A stretch of DNA of 64,000 bases, from IMG/VR virus record IMGVR_UViG_3300049216_000067, one strand, 5' to 3'. This DNA is from a virus. Both the position numbers and the translations under genes were made by a program. Shown piece by piece: positions 1 through 9,275 of the stretch (position 1 is its first letter; every line of letters starts with the position of its first letter). Under the pieces are notes generated by a model. It made no database searches and was not told the DNA's origin. It saw nothing but the letters and a program-made list of their open reading frames with translations.

Positions 1-949
1 CCTGGAGTTCTTTCAATCCGGTTTCACGCTTCTCAATATCTTGAAGAAGATTTCTCATGGTGGTTTCACGAAAACTTTCACTGATAGACTGCTTACATGA
101 TGGACAATTATCATTGACCTGATAGAACTTCAATTCTTTTTTCTTGTCATTGATTTTCGTATCAATCTTCATACCCAATGATTGCAATGCTTGTACGTCA
201 CCGACACTGGTATTAGCAATGAGTTCATCAACGTTAATAATTTTAGTTGCCAAGTCGGCATTAGCTATTTCTAGCTTTTTGATTTCATCATTGAAATGAT
301 TAATCTCTTCCTGATTGTTCTTTTCGGCCTCTTTCACGTAAGACTCATGCAATGAGATCTTAGACTTAGCATTGTCGATGTTGTACTTGTTGCTGATTAC
401 ATCTTCTTTGACTTTAGTAAACTGATCTTTAGCAATCTTGTTCATTGATGAAAATATTTCGATATCCAAAAGATTCTCAATAATATTGCGACGATCTGCG
501 CTCTTCAACTTCATGAAAGGAACAAAACTCTTTGATCCAAGGATCACAATTTGAGTGAAAGCCTTGTGATTAAATTTCAATATGTTGTTCTCTAAGTGAC
601 TCTGGTAGTCGCCACTGATTGCATCCTGTTTCTGTAGTTCGCCGTCAATATAGACTTCAAATATATTCGGTCCAATACCACGAATAATCTTGAATGACTT
701 GGGACCAATAGAAAATTCAAGTTCTACTTTAAGACCCTTACCATTAATTGAGTTGACAAGATTTGGTTTGTTGATATTTCGAAACGGCTTACCAAACAGA
801 GCAAACGTCAACGCATCGAGCAGGGTTGATTTGCCGTGACCATTCTTACCAACGATCAACGTAGTAGCGTTCTTATTGAGAACCACTTCATTCCAGGCAT
901 TGCCTGTTGAAAACAGATTCATCCACCTAATTACTTTAAAGACTACCAT
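1..949 (-). CDS. gp46: Recombination endonuclease subunit (Rad50/SbcC-like), 5' part; runs off the window
   Basis: Manual translation from ATG at 949: MVVFKVIRWMNLFSTGN...IVGKNGHGKSTLLDALTFALFGKPFRNINK (Walker A). A CPSC zinc hook lies near position 100. Adjacent to gp47. Confidence 0.95.
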   Translation of the reverse strand, partial: MVVFKVIRWMNLFSTGNAWNEVVLNKNATTLIVGKNGHGKSTLLDALTFALFGKPFRNINKPNLVNSINGKGLKVELEFSIGPKSFKIIRGIGPNIFEVYIDGELQKQDAISGDYQSHLENNILKFNHKAFTQIVILGSKSFVPFMKLKSADRRNIIENLLDIEIFSSMNKIAKDQFTKVKEDVISNKYNIDNAKSKISLHESYVKEAEKNNQEEINHFNDEIKKLEIANADLATKIINVDELIANTSVGDVQALQSLGMKIDTKINDKKKELKFYQVNDNCPSCKQSISESFRETTMRNLLQDIEKRETGLKELQ

Positions 950-1994
950 TCTGTGCCTTGTCGTATATCTGTCTCATGACAGATTTCATTTTAGTTTTAT
1001 CCAATGCCATATCGACAGCATCAACATATTTTTCCAATAGGACATGAGTTTGCTCGGCCTGATCGACATTATCAGTCAACGTCTCCGCGACCTTGTAATC
1101 AGTAAAGTCTTCAACAATGTTCAAATCAGCCGGTTCATGTTCATAAAAGTTGTTGATGAATCGATCAAACAACATGTGACTGTTTTTCTTTTTAACGACT
1201 ACTTTGACATACTTGTCTTTAAATTCAGCATAGTCCTTGGCATCAATCGTATTGATATTTTCATTAGTATCATCATAAGCTACTTTGTAGAACATCTTGT
1301 GTGGATTCTCTATAAATTCTAATGTCCTCGTTTCCGTATCGAAGATGTGGAAGCCACGCGGATCATCGAAGTCTGCCCATGTCATTTCGTATGGTGAACC
1401 GACATAAAAGATATGTCCATCACTTGAACGGTGATGAAAGTGACCGCTGATGACCATATCATACTTTTTCAGTTCATCTCTGTTCATACCGTGAATACAA
1501 GGAACACCTGCATCCATTTCGAAACCAGTCAATTCAAAATGACCGAAAGCTATCTGAGATCTAGACTCAGCAATAAGCTTATTCGTCTCAGCTTGATTAT
1601 CTGCACAAATCCATGGGAAAAAATCCATACCATCAATAGTTGTCGGTTTATCAATGATGGTAATGTAATTCTTGTAGTCGGACAACAGCAGCCGTGGGGA
1701 ATTAATTTGCAGAGTATTCTTGTAGTAACAATCATGATTCCCAATATAGGTAATCATGTGCATATTTTGATCATATAAACTATGAAAGAAATACTCGCGG
1801 GCGCGATTCAAACTTTGAAAATTAATAAATTTACGACGGTCAAATAAATCACCAGTCTGGATAATATCCCTAATACCAAGTTTTACTATAGTTGCAAAGA
1901 AAGTTTCTTGATAGAACTTAGCAAAGTTGTCGTGGAAATGCTGGCTATCATTACGACATCCAAAGTGAGTATCACCTAAGATTGCATACTTCAT
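936..1994 (-). CDS. gp47: Recombination endonuclease subunit (Mre11/SbcD-like)
   Basis: Metallophosphoesterase motifs GDTHFG, GDLFD, GNHD, GHFH; T4 synteny. Confidence 0.95.
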   Translation of the reverse strand: MKYAILGDTHFGCRNDSQHFHDNFAKFYQETFFATIVKLGIRDIIQTGDLFDRRKFINFQSLNRAREYFFHSLYDQNMHMITYIGNHDCYYKNTLQINSPRLLLSDYKNYITIIDKPTTIDGMDFFPWICADNQAETNKLIAESRSQIAFGHFELTGFEMDAGVPCIHGMNRDELKKYDMVISGHFHHRSSDGHIFYVGSPYEMTWADFDDPRGFHIFDTETRTLEFIENPHKMFYKVAYDDTNENINTIDAKDYAEFKDKYVKVVVKKKNSHMLFDRFINNFYEHEPADLNIVEDFTDYKVAETLTDNVDQAEQTHVLLEKYVDAVDMALDKTKMKSVMRQIYDKAQNGSL

Positions 1995-2353
1995 TCTTTA
2001 ATCTCCAAAATCTTGATGCCTAAATCAGCGCATTGCTTTTTCATGTTGGCAGTACCTGTGCCGCCAGGAAAGGCAATCAAGAGTTTCAATCCGGACGTTG
2101 CCATCTCTTTGTTTCTGAGATGACCAGCTGCCTTACCGTAGGTGTCCCAATCGGCTTTGTAAATCTCATATTGGTCTGGAGGAAGAGTATCAGCGGCCCA
2201 GGTGCGAGCATGTTTGTCAGCACCGCGAGCACAACCCACCACAAGAAACATCTTGTCTTCTAAACGACTATAGGCCAAGTCTAAAACATGTCTAACCTTG
2301 GCTTCGTTGGCGTAGTCTCGACCACCTGTTATTCCAATGCGGATTTTCTTCAT
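1991..2353 (-). CDS. SLOG/YspA-like (DUF2493-type) nucleotide-binding protein
   Basis: ITGGRDY, GCARGAD, ADWDTYGKAAGHLRN and AFPGGTGT motifs. Confidence 0.8.
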   Translation of the reverse strand: MKKIRIGITGGRDYANEAKVRHVLDLAYSRLEDKMFLVVGCARGADKHARTWAADTLPPDQYEIYKADWDTYGKAAGHLRNKEMATSGLKLLIAFPGGTGTANMKKQCADLGIKILEIKE

Positions 2354-2360
2354 CCAAACA

Positions 2361-2942
2361 TTATATGCTTAATTGAGTAAAAACTCCATAGTAAGCAGTA
2401 CCATAGCAGCCTTGCTCGGCTAATTTGACGGTAGAACCTTTGGCACCAATCCATTTATTAAGATTAGCTTCTGTGAGTTCATGAGGATGACCATCATGGG
2501 CAGGAATATCGATCCATTCAAATAGTCTTAAAATTGGTGCAGCAGCAAAGGCATTCTTGATGATCTTTTCTGGATCGATAGCATGTTGCATGCAGTTGTA
2601 GATCCAGACTTCATCATAATGTCTTAAAGCTAAACCGTTTTTAGCGATATCTTCACCTGGCATGATAACCACAGTGATATTCATAAGCTTGTATCGATCA
2701 ACCGTCCATTGTGGATAGGCAATCGGATCAACAACCGTTCCACGCTTTAATCCTTTAGTCTTTAACAGCATTGACGATGGTCCACCACCGATATCCATGA
2801 TGATCTTATTATGGACAGGAAAGGAATAGTGTTCACGTTGAAGACCCATGTACTTGGCATACACGTAGTGCTTCTGGTCTTCATCGAAGGTGTTGCAACA
2901 GTTGCCCCAGTAATCTTCTTCGAACTTATAATCTTCACTCAT
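2361..2942 (-). CDS. Class I SAM-dependent methyltransferase-like protein
   Basis: IMDIGGGP motif I and VVDP motif II. Start moved to MSEDY (2942), which overlaps the gp55 stop. Confidence 0.65.
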   Translation of the reverse strand: MSEDYKFEEDYWGNCCNTFDEDQKHYVYAKYMGLQREHYSFPVHNKIIMDIGGGPSSMLLKTKGLKRGTVVDPIAYPQWTVDRYKLMNITVVIMPGEDIAKNGLALRHYDEVWIYNCMQHAIDPEKIIKNAFAAAPILRLFEWIDIPAHDGHPHELTEANLNKWIGAKGSTVKLAEQGCYGTAYYGVFTQLSI

Positions 2943-3549
2943 TGGTTTCTTCAATAGATTCCAGAGATACTTCATCTTCCATGGCTATCTCCAATCCCTT
3001 TTTCTTTTTAGGAAGCGCCTTCTTGGCTTTAGCACGTTCCTGAGATTCTTCATACTTACCAATGAAGTCAGTGATGTTCTCGTATAGCTCAAACTGTTCA
3101 CCTGGATTGTCTTCATCACTGTATTCGGCATCGTGAAGGACACCGGCTTGCTGTGTAGCTTTGTATTTGATGTAGAGATGCTTCTTTTCACGTTGGATTC
3201 TACGAACAAACGCATAAAAAGTAATTTTAGAAAAGTAAGCAAATGGATACTTGGACTTCTTAGGATCAAAGTTATCAAAGTACATAATACAATTTTCAAT
3301 AGCATCACCAATCATGTCTGCTTTGAAAGTGTATTGACTAAAATTAGGCTTATGTGAAAGATTAATAGCAATCAATTGAATTTGTTTGCCAATAGAATCA
3401 GGAATCTTTGGTTTAGGTAACTTGGCTCTCTTAGCTGCTCGACACTCTTTACGATATTGAGTGATAGCTGCCAACATTTCTTTGTTGTTGACATATGGAG
3501 TTGTATCTTTGGATGTGGTGCTTAGTTCTGGGATGAACTTGGATGTCAT
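2935..3549 (-). CDS. gp55: Late-transcription sigma factor
   Basis: YVNNKEM, NFSQYTFKADMIGDAIENC and PFAYFSKITFYAFVRRIQREKK are typical of gp55. Confidence 0.95.
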   Translation of the reverse strand: MTSKFIPELSTTSKDTTPYVNNKEMLAAITQYRKECRAAKRAKLPKPKIPDSIGKQIQLIAINLSHKPNFSQYTFKADMIGDAIENCIMYFDNFDPKKSKYPFAYFSKITFYAFVRRIQREKKHLYIKYKATQQAGVLHDAEYSDEDNPGEQFELYENITDFIGKYEESQERAKAKKALPKKKKGLEIAMEDEVSLESIEETNE

Positions 3550-3644
3550 TATGAAAGACCTTTATTATTTTTATTGTGGTCACGAAATTCATAATGAATA
3601 GAAACCGTCTAAGTAACTATAATACCTAATAGGATATTAACACT

Positions 3645-3980
3645 TATATTTCACTGATGGTCATAGGATTAACCTAGCAAACTTAATTGCAGTTAATCTC
3701 AGGACCAGGAGTGACATTTCACTAGGGTTCTTAGGTACAACCCCCAACCTGCCGACAGGACTACTTAATGGCCTTCAGAACTCTGACCAACATACTTCGG
3801 GTTTCCTGTCTACTTGAGTCCCTAGCGTGTGTGTATGTAACCCTTCTCACGCATGTAAGATCCAGACGAACGGCTTTCACGGATAATCTGGAAATCTCTC
3901 GATCTGCAATCGAGCGTCGTATGGCAAGGTATGTTTGGTTCGATGAACCGGTGCTCAAAGGCTAGTTGTATGCTTAATAT
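3645..3980 (-). ncRNA. Putative structured RNA (~330 nt) of unknown class
   Basis: No credible ORF. It lies downstream of a TTGACA-N17-TAAGAT promoter and has many complementary segments, including crossing pairings (see findings). Confidence 0.55.
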
Positions 3981-3986
3981 AAACTT

Positions 3987-4015
3987 ATCTTAACAAACAC
4001 TTTCTTTAATGTCAA
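3987..4015 (-). promoter_or_regulatory. sigma70-type promoter
   Basis: Minus strand reads TTGACA-TTAAAGAAAGTGTTTGT(17)-TAAGAT. Confidence 0.75.
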
Positions 4016-4192
4016 TTACTTCTTGACTTGCTGTCTCGTAATGAACGGTGTAATAGCAGTTCCATCCTTGGCCTTCACTTCGACGTACTGGCCAGGTGTA
4101 AGAGTTGCCATGATATGGATTCCGTCCAAAGCCAAAAGTTCAAGAACTTCACCTTGGGTCGATTTGTTTTGTATGTAGATTGAGGCTGTCAT
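4016..4192 (-). CDS. Small hypothetical protein (58 aa), not in the ORF track
   Basis: MTASIYIQNKSTQGEVLELL...VKK; ATG overlaps the uvsW stop (ATGA). Confidence 0.6.
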   Translation of the reverse strand: MTASIYIQNKSTQGEVLELLALDGIHIMATLTPGQYVEVKAKDGTAITPFITRQQVKK

Positions 4193-5718
4193 TTTGGGTC
4201 CTTTAATTCTATTGCGTAGTGTGAAGTATTAAACTTCTCATTGGTGTAAAGCTTCATTCGCTTGACGTAGTGGTCAAGTGTGTAGTTGAAATCGTCTCTT
4301 GCATTTTCTCTAAAGTCGTCTGCGATATCGTACAACGTAGCGGTTGTTTTCCCATCTCCAAGACCGAGAGAGCGTCCAATACTTTGTAATGTTCTGATCT
4401 TCGCTTTTGTAGGTGTGGCGAGAATGATGTTGTGTAGGTTGCGGATAGTAATTCCGGTACTGAACACAAATGATCCCACGATAATAGCATCTCGTTCACC
4501 GTCAACGATTCTACGGATTTCTTCTCGGACATCGGTTTCCGTAGTACCATTAACAAAGTATACTTTTCTTGCACTTCCATTCAATTTATCCTTAATAAGA
4601 TCGTATATTATACGACCATGTTTTTCATAATGAAACATCAACAATGTATTACCTTCGAGAGAAATGGCTAGATTTCGAATAAATCGATTCCTAGGAAGGT
4701 AATTGATTATATAGTCCATCTCTGCTTTATAACCGGCAGCGGCACTGATTCCGGAAACCAATAGTCTGACTTTATCTTTGGTACCGATAGGGTATTTAAG
4801 AACAAGACTTTTAATAGATAAAGTAGCAATGTGTCCATCATCCATTAATTTCTTGGTTGTGGTTAGTTTTGAAATAGGACCAAAATAACCTTCAACCTTA
4901 AGATTATTCACATCCTCTTCATGGGTCGTACCTGTAGTTGCCAATCGATAAGATGCATTGACGCATCTTCCGGCAACCTTACCTATCTCGGAAGCTGAAA
5001 ATGTATGGGCTTCGTCGCCTATAATGTAGTCGAACTGTTCAAAGAACGTATTAGGCAGCTTATAGAGGCTTTGCCACGTAGATATCAAAAGTTGAGTGCC
5101 TGGGAGCACCTGATTGCTATAACCTTCGTAAAGCCTCTGTACGCGGTCCTGTACCGGCCATTGGTTGGCGCTAGAGTAATCCTCGAAGTCCGTGTACATC
5201 TGCTCTACGAGGCTTGTGGTAGGAACCACGAGCAATCCCCTAGAACATTTACTGCCCAGTAAATATCGAACGTAACCATAAATCATGTAGCTTTTACCGG
5301 ATCGAGTCGGACTGATCATGGTTAAACGTTTGTAACGAATAGCTTTGGCTAAACCGATTTCTTGATATTCCCTGGCTTCAAGTGATTCACCACGACTGTG
5401 GATATTCAAACTCTTAAGAAACTCTTTGGCTTCTAATCTTGAAAAATCGTTGTATAAGAATATTTCCCGGTTGAATCCAATTGTATACTTACGTTCCCTG
5501 GCAAAATCAAACAGGTATTTGAGCAATCCGCTATAGAGGTATCGAGTTCGAAGATTGTATAGACGGACGTATCCATCCCAGCCTTTTCTTCCACCTGGTG
5601 TGAATTGAAAGTTTGGTTTTTGAAATTTGAAGAATTCACTGAGTTCTTTTTCGATGCCTGGATCTGCTGTAACTTTCGTGTAAACTTCATTAATCTTTTG
5701 AAGTTGAATGTCCGTCAT
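4189..5718 (-). CDS. uvsW: SF2 DNA/RNA helicase
   Basis: SPTRSGKS, GDEAH, LQSIGRSL motifs; GWDGYVRLYN N-terminal region. Confidence 0.95.
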   Translation of the reverse strand: MTDIQLQKINEVYTKVTADPGIEKELSEFFKFQKPNFQFTPGGRKGWDGYVRLYNLRTRYLYSGLLKYLFDFARERKYTIGFNREIFLYNDFSRLEAKEFLKSLNIHSRGESLEAREYQEIGLAKAIRYKRLTMISPTRSGKSYMIYGYVRYLLGSKCSRGLLVVPTTSLVEQMYTDFEDYSSANQWPVQDRVQRLYEGYSNQVLPGTQLLISTWQSLYKLPNTFFEQFDYIIGDEAHTFSASEIGKVAGRCVNASYRLATTGTTHEEDVNNLKVEGYFGPISKLTTTKKLMDDGHIATLSIKSLVLKYPIGTKDKVRLLVSGISAAAGYKAEMDYIINYLPRNRFIRNLAISLEGNTLLMFHYEKHGRIIYDLIKDKLNGSARKVYFVNGTTETDVREEIRRIVDGERDAIIVGSFVFSTGITIRNLHNIILATPTKAKIRTLQSIGRSLGLGDGKTTATLYDIADDFRENARDDFNYTLDHYVKRMKLYTNEKFNTSHYAIELKDPK

Positions 5719-5851
5719 TTACTTCCAATTCGTCATCAAGAGGATCACTAAGACCGGCAGCACCGCCCAAACTATTGGTAAGAAATCTTGCAATTATGAA
5801 TGACACAAGAAGTGTAAATATGACTCCGCATCCGAATCCTAGTAAGAACAT
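5690..5851 (-). CDS. Small membrane protein
   Basis: Single hydrophobic segment MFLLGFGCGVIFTLLVSFII. Confidence 0.5.
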   Translation of the reverse strand: MFLLGFGCGVIFTLLVSFIIARFLTNSLGGAAGLSDPLDDELEVNDGHSTSKD

Positions 5852-6300
5852 TATTGTCCCCTTATAAATTTTTCCCAAGCCATGTATTCACGTAGCTGGA
5901 ACGTCCTTGAATTAAGCTCTTTACAAACAGCCGTACAAAATGAAATGGCTTCTTCGTTAGCAATCATATTTTTCTTCAGATCGATCAAATCTTGATCAGC
6001 GTCAAGATAGGCACTTAGATCTGGTTTGTTTACCAGTGCTGGAAAAGCTTTCCAACCTTTTTCTTTAAGAACATCAGTGCCGTTCAAACGCCCTGAATAG
6101 TATTCGACTTTCAATTTCTTCAATTGATCAAAGTCAAATTTCTTCATTTTAAGAGAAACGGAGTGAGCCGTTATTTGAGTCACGTATTTAGAATGCAGAA
6201 CAGGAATTCTTACGATTTCTAGTTGTGGATCTGTAGTATTAATGACTGAATCGGCTTGCCATTCTTCTAATAGTTTTTCTAATGATATGCATTTCATCAA
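5851..6300 (-). CDS. uvsY: Recombination mediator
   Basis: W-x-x-DS-x-I, IPVLHSKY, EYYSG and RTFQLR...WEKF motifs; upstream of uvsW. Confidence 0.9.
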   Translation of the reverse strand: MMKCISLEKLLEEWQADSVINTTDPQLEIVRIPVLHSKYVTQITAHSVSLKMKKFDFDQLKKLKVEYYSGRLNGTDVLKEKGWKAFPALVNKPDLSAYLDADQDLIDLKKNMIANEEAISFCTAVCKELNSRTFQLREYMAWEKFIRGQ

Positions 6301-6303
6301 GAC

Positions 6304-6327
6304 AGTATATCACAAATAACTTTAATA
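6304..6327 (-). promoter_or_regulatory. Candidate middle-mode promoter (TATTAA-N12-TATACT)
   Basis: Same architecture recurs at 8655-8678, 42978-43001 and 57421-57444, with a variant at 3619-3642. Confidence 0.5.
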
Positions 6328-6879
6328 TTATACCTGTCTGTTGATTTGCATCATTGTAAATCTGAAAGATGCTGTTGCTGTGATAATCGTAGATGCATCT
6401 ACTTTAGTGCTTAGTTGGATACCGCTCAAACTCTCTGGAAACATCTGTGTAAAGCTAATAGAAAGAATTGGGTTGTTTTTGTTGGTCAAGATCGTCAATG
6501 TGCCGTCAGAATATTGTGGCTGCTTGGAAGCGATCTGAAGACGTTGTTGCATTGAAAGATTCTTGTATTCTTGGAAACTTTCCGGAATACCTATACCTTT
6601 CAACCAGTCTTGGACACTGGTGTATGACCATAGGGCCTCATCGACAGCAAAGGTCATTGTCAAAGCTTCGTAGACGGTCTTGTTGCCTGGAAGAGGCGCA
6701 TTTACGAACGGAGTATCTTGATTCGCTGCGGCTACCCTAATGCCTGGAATGTTGACATCTTGAAGGAAAAATTGAACGTAAGGGAGCCTAGAAAAAGTCA
6801 TCTGAAACGTGCTTGATTGAAGCAAGTTTTGATCAGTTGGATTGGCATTAATGCCAGCAATTAAGGGTGTTATACTCAT
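6328..6879 (-). CDS. gp3: Tail tube terminator / tail completion protein
   Basis: NLLQSSTF, VQFFLQDVNIPG, F-x-VDE and MFPESLSGIQ motifs; TATAAATA late promoter at 6884-6891. Confidence 0.85.
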   Translation of the reverse strand: MSITPLIAGINANPTDQNLLQSSTFQMTFSRLPYVQFFLQDVNIPGIRVAAANQDTPFVNAPLPGNKTVYEALTMTFAVDEALWSYTSVQDWLKGIGIPESFQEYKNLSMQQRLQIASKQPQYSDGTLTILTNKNNPILSISFTQMFPESLSGIQLSTKVDASTIITATASFRFTMMQINRQV

Positions 6880-6886
6880 CCCCTAT

Positions 6887-7879
6887 TTATAGGGCTACTC
6901 CGAACTCCTGTAATTTACGGTGCATTTTCATAATAACACCGTGCATGATGTCCATCTGCTTGTCAAAGCGTGCCCCAAGGTAGATCTTTGATAGGTCGAG
7001 ATATTGAATCTCATCATCCTCAAAACCGAATCCAACCCCAGGAATCGCTGAATCGATCTGTGGATCTCTACCGGTAGGAGGAATCTCTGTGTTATACCAA
7101 ACCGCCCAACGACGCAAATCTTCCAAAGTCGCAGCAAAATTCTTTTTCCTTAATTCTGTGTGAATGCTTGCCAACTGAAAGAATGTTCTGACACGCCCAA
7201 GATCGGCTTTGTTGTTTGCTTTTGCTGCGTTCCTAGTCAACTGTCTGTAATGGTTCAGAACAGCTTTTGATGTTATTTGCTCAACACTACGAATAGGAAA
7301 ATGATTGATCCTAATACCTGAATAGTAGTCAGGTACAATCAAACCGTTATCTAGTCTTTTCCACTCATGATTACCATGCGTGATCTTCACATGTGGCGCA
7401 CGATTCCGATCAATGATCGCTTTGTAAGTAATATGATTCTCGTTTTCCAATGGATTGAACACGGTGTATAAAGGGTTTTTGTGTTCAAAATAATCCAAAC
7501 TTGTCGGCACCCAAGATCGCCACATGGCCTTTGGAACAAGGTGTTTTGGTGTTCTCTCTAATTTCTCTAGGATATCGTCTTTGGTCTCTTCGAGAAATTC
7601 ATCAGCATCCAAAAACATAAACCAATCATATTGACCATTGGCATTGATGGATCGAAGGGCATTCGTGACTAGACCGTCCTGATTGTAGGTGTTATCACCA
7701 TCAAATGTGGTGCTAATTGGTAAACCTTCTTGTTTGAGTTTATTGAGAATGTAAGCGGTCGCATCAACACTGTTGTTGTCAATGATATAAATGTGATCGA
7801 AAATACGACTGTTGATTCGAACAAACAACTCAATAATATCGCATTCATCACGGACCTGTGTGATGCAAGCTATTTTCAT
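6887..7879 (-). CDS. Glycosyltransferase family 2-like
   Basis: VRDECDII, IIDNNSVD and FLDADEF (DxD) motifs; HFPIRS. Confidence 0.8.
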   Translation of the reverse strand: MKIACITQVRDECDIIELFVRINSRIFDHIYIIDNNSVDATAYILNKLKQEGLPISTTFDGDNTYNQDGLVTNALRSINANGQYDWFMFLDADEFLEETKDDILEKLERTPKHLVPKAMWRSWVPTSLDYFEHKNPLYTVFNPLENENHITYKAIIDRNRAPHVKITHGNHEWKRLDNGLIVPDYYSGIRINHFPIRSVEQITSKAVLNHYRQLTRNAAKANNKADLGRVRTFFQLASIHTELRKKNFAATLEDLRRWAVWYNTEIPPTGRDPQIDSAIPGVGFGFEDDEIQYLDLSKIYLGARFDKQMDIMHGVIMKMHRKLQEFGVAL

Positions 7880-8638
7880 TAGAAACGATAGTTTTCCCAA
7901 ACCTGAACGATTAAATCGGTTTCGCTCTGTTTGAATGTGGTAATAGTGTAATAGTCTTTGTATGGGTAGGAAGACTCTATCTTCGCCAACCCAGATGTGA
8001 TTTCATCCTTAATAGTTGATCGGATCAGAAAAGTTTCACGGAGACGATTCAGATTGTACATTATAATCTAGACCACTTCTTGTGTAGATACCACTGTATG
8101 GCTATGATGGTAATTAAAACACCAGTCCACATTATTGGAAAATGGAACCAGCACAGAACACAGAACCAGAACAAATCTATGATTGTCCACGCAATGACAA
8201 GGTCTTTTAACTCATCAGCGCGTTTTAGTATCTGTCTGATGCCAGCAGCTATATTTTCTTCTTGATCATTCATTGTGTTTCCAACCAATGTTTAATATGA
8301 GCAACGACGCCGTTGGGACTGGCGTGTGCATAAATCATTCCGGGTTTATTGAGCCAAGCTGGAGATACTTGCAATGAATCTAATTCAATATTGCCATTGT
8401 TTTCGATGTGGAATGTAAATCTACGCATGATGCGTATTGGCTTACCGTCATCGTATGTTTTGATGGTCTGAGTCATGTGATCGACATCATTGCACGAGAC
8501 TATCAGCACACCAGGAGGCATCACAGTTGTGTCTAATTCCAATAGATTTGGAGCACCGAATTCTTTGTGAATGGAATCAGCCAGTTTCGTCAACTGATGA
8601 AATAGATACTCGTTCTCTAAGCCCATATTAATTCTCAA
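7879..8638 (-). CDS. Three small hypothetical ORFs (7879-8061; 8061-8288 membrane; 8270-8638)
   Basis: Tightly packed co-oriented ORFs. Confidence 0.55.
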
Positions 8639-8680
8639 ATATTAAGATACTCATATTATGGGCTTTATATTCTTAATAGT

Positions 8681-9208
8681 CTATTTGGCGTATCCATTAG
8701 GGAATTTTGGTCTGTTGGTACCGTTCAGGCGCGGACCAACCTTATTGATTCTACCGCGCCTCCAACCTTCCGGAATGAAGCCGTCTCTACATTGCATAGA
8801 TGTGATTCCATCGGTTATCCAGAAGAAACCATTGTTGTGAGTGTGACCTATCATCCAAGGAAGAGGTTTGCCTTTCTTAGCTTTGGAAATAGCCTCAGCT
8901 ATCTCTGGTGTGCATGGATGTCCGTCGCCTCCAGGAGTCATATTATAGCCACCACCGTAGCTTCTATATTCAGCTATAAAATATTTCTCCATTTCCTTTG
9001 CTGATAACTCATCAAATGCAGTGAAGATATGATCAACAATGAAAGTTGACCAACCATGTTTTCTTATAGATTGATGAAGTATATAAAACGAGCCACCTTT
9101 AGCAGAACTTTGATGTGCTGCAAGTCTCTGGGTTAGGCTAGTGGACGTTATACCGACATAAATCTTGCCGGTGTTCCTGTTTGTCAGACGGTAAATGATA
9201 TAGTGCAT
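8681..9208 (-). mobile_element. Free-standing GIY-YIG homing endonuclease
   Basis: IIYRLTN...KIYVGIT, R-x3-H, EKYFI and GYNMTPGG motifs; NUMOD-like tail WITDG...GWRRGR. Confidence 0.9.
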
Positions 9209-9225
9209 TTTCTATGTATGCACAA

Positions 9226-9251
9226 ACAAAAACGGCCCCTTTCGGAGCCGT
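9226..9251 (-). terminator. Intrinsic terminator after gp23
   Basis: ACGGCTCC-GAAA-GGGGCCGT-TTTTG on the minus strand. Confidence 0.85.
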
Positions 9252-9275
9252 CTAAGTTGGTTATCAAAGTATTAA

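Noticed and set aside
3645-3980. Canonical group I intron, tmRNA or RNase P RNA
   Set aside because: Flanking genes are complete and hallmark sequences were not found; kept only as an unclassified structured RNA candidate
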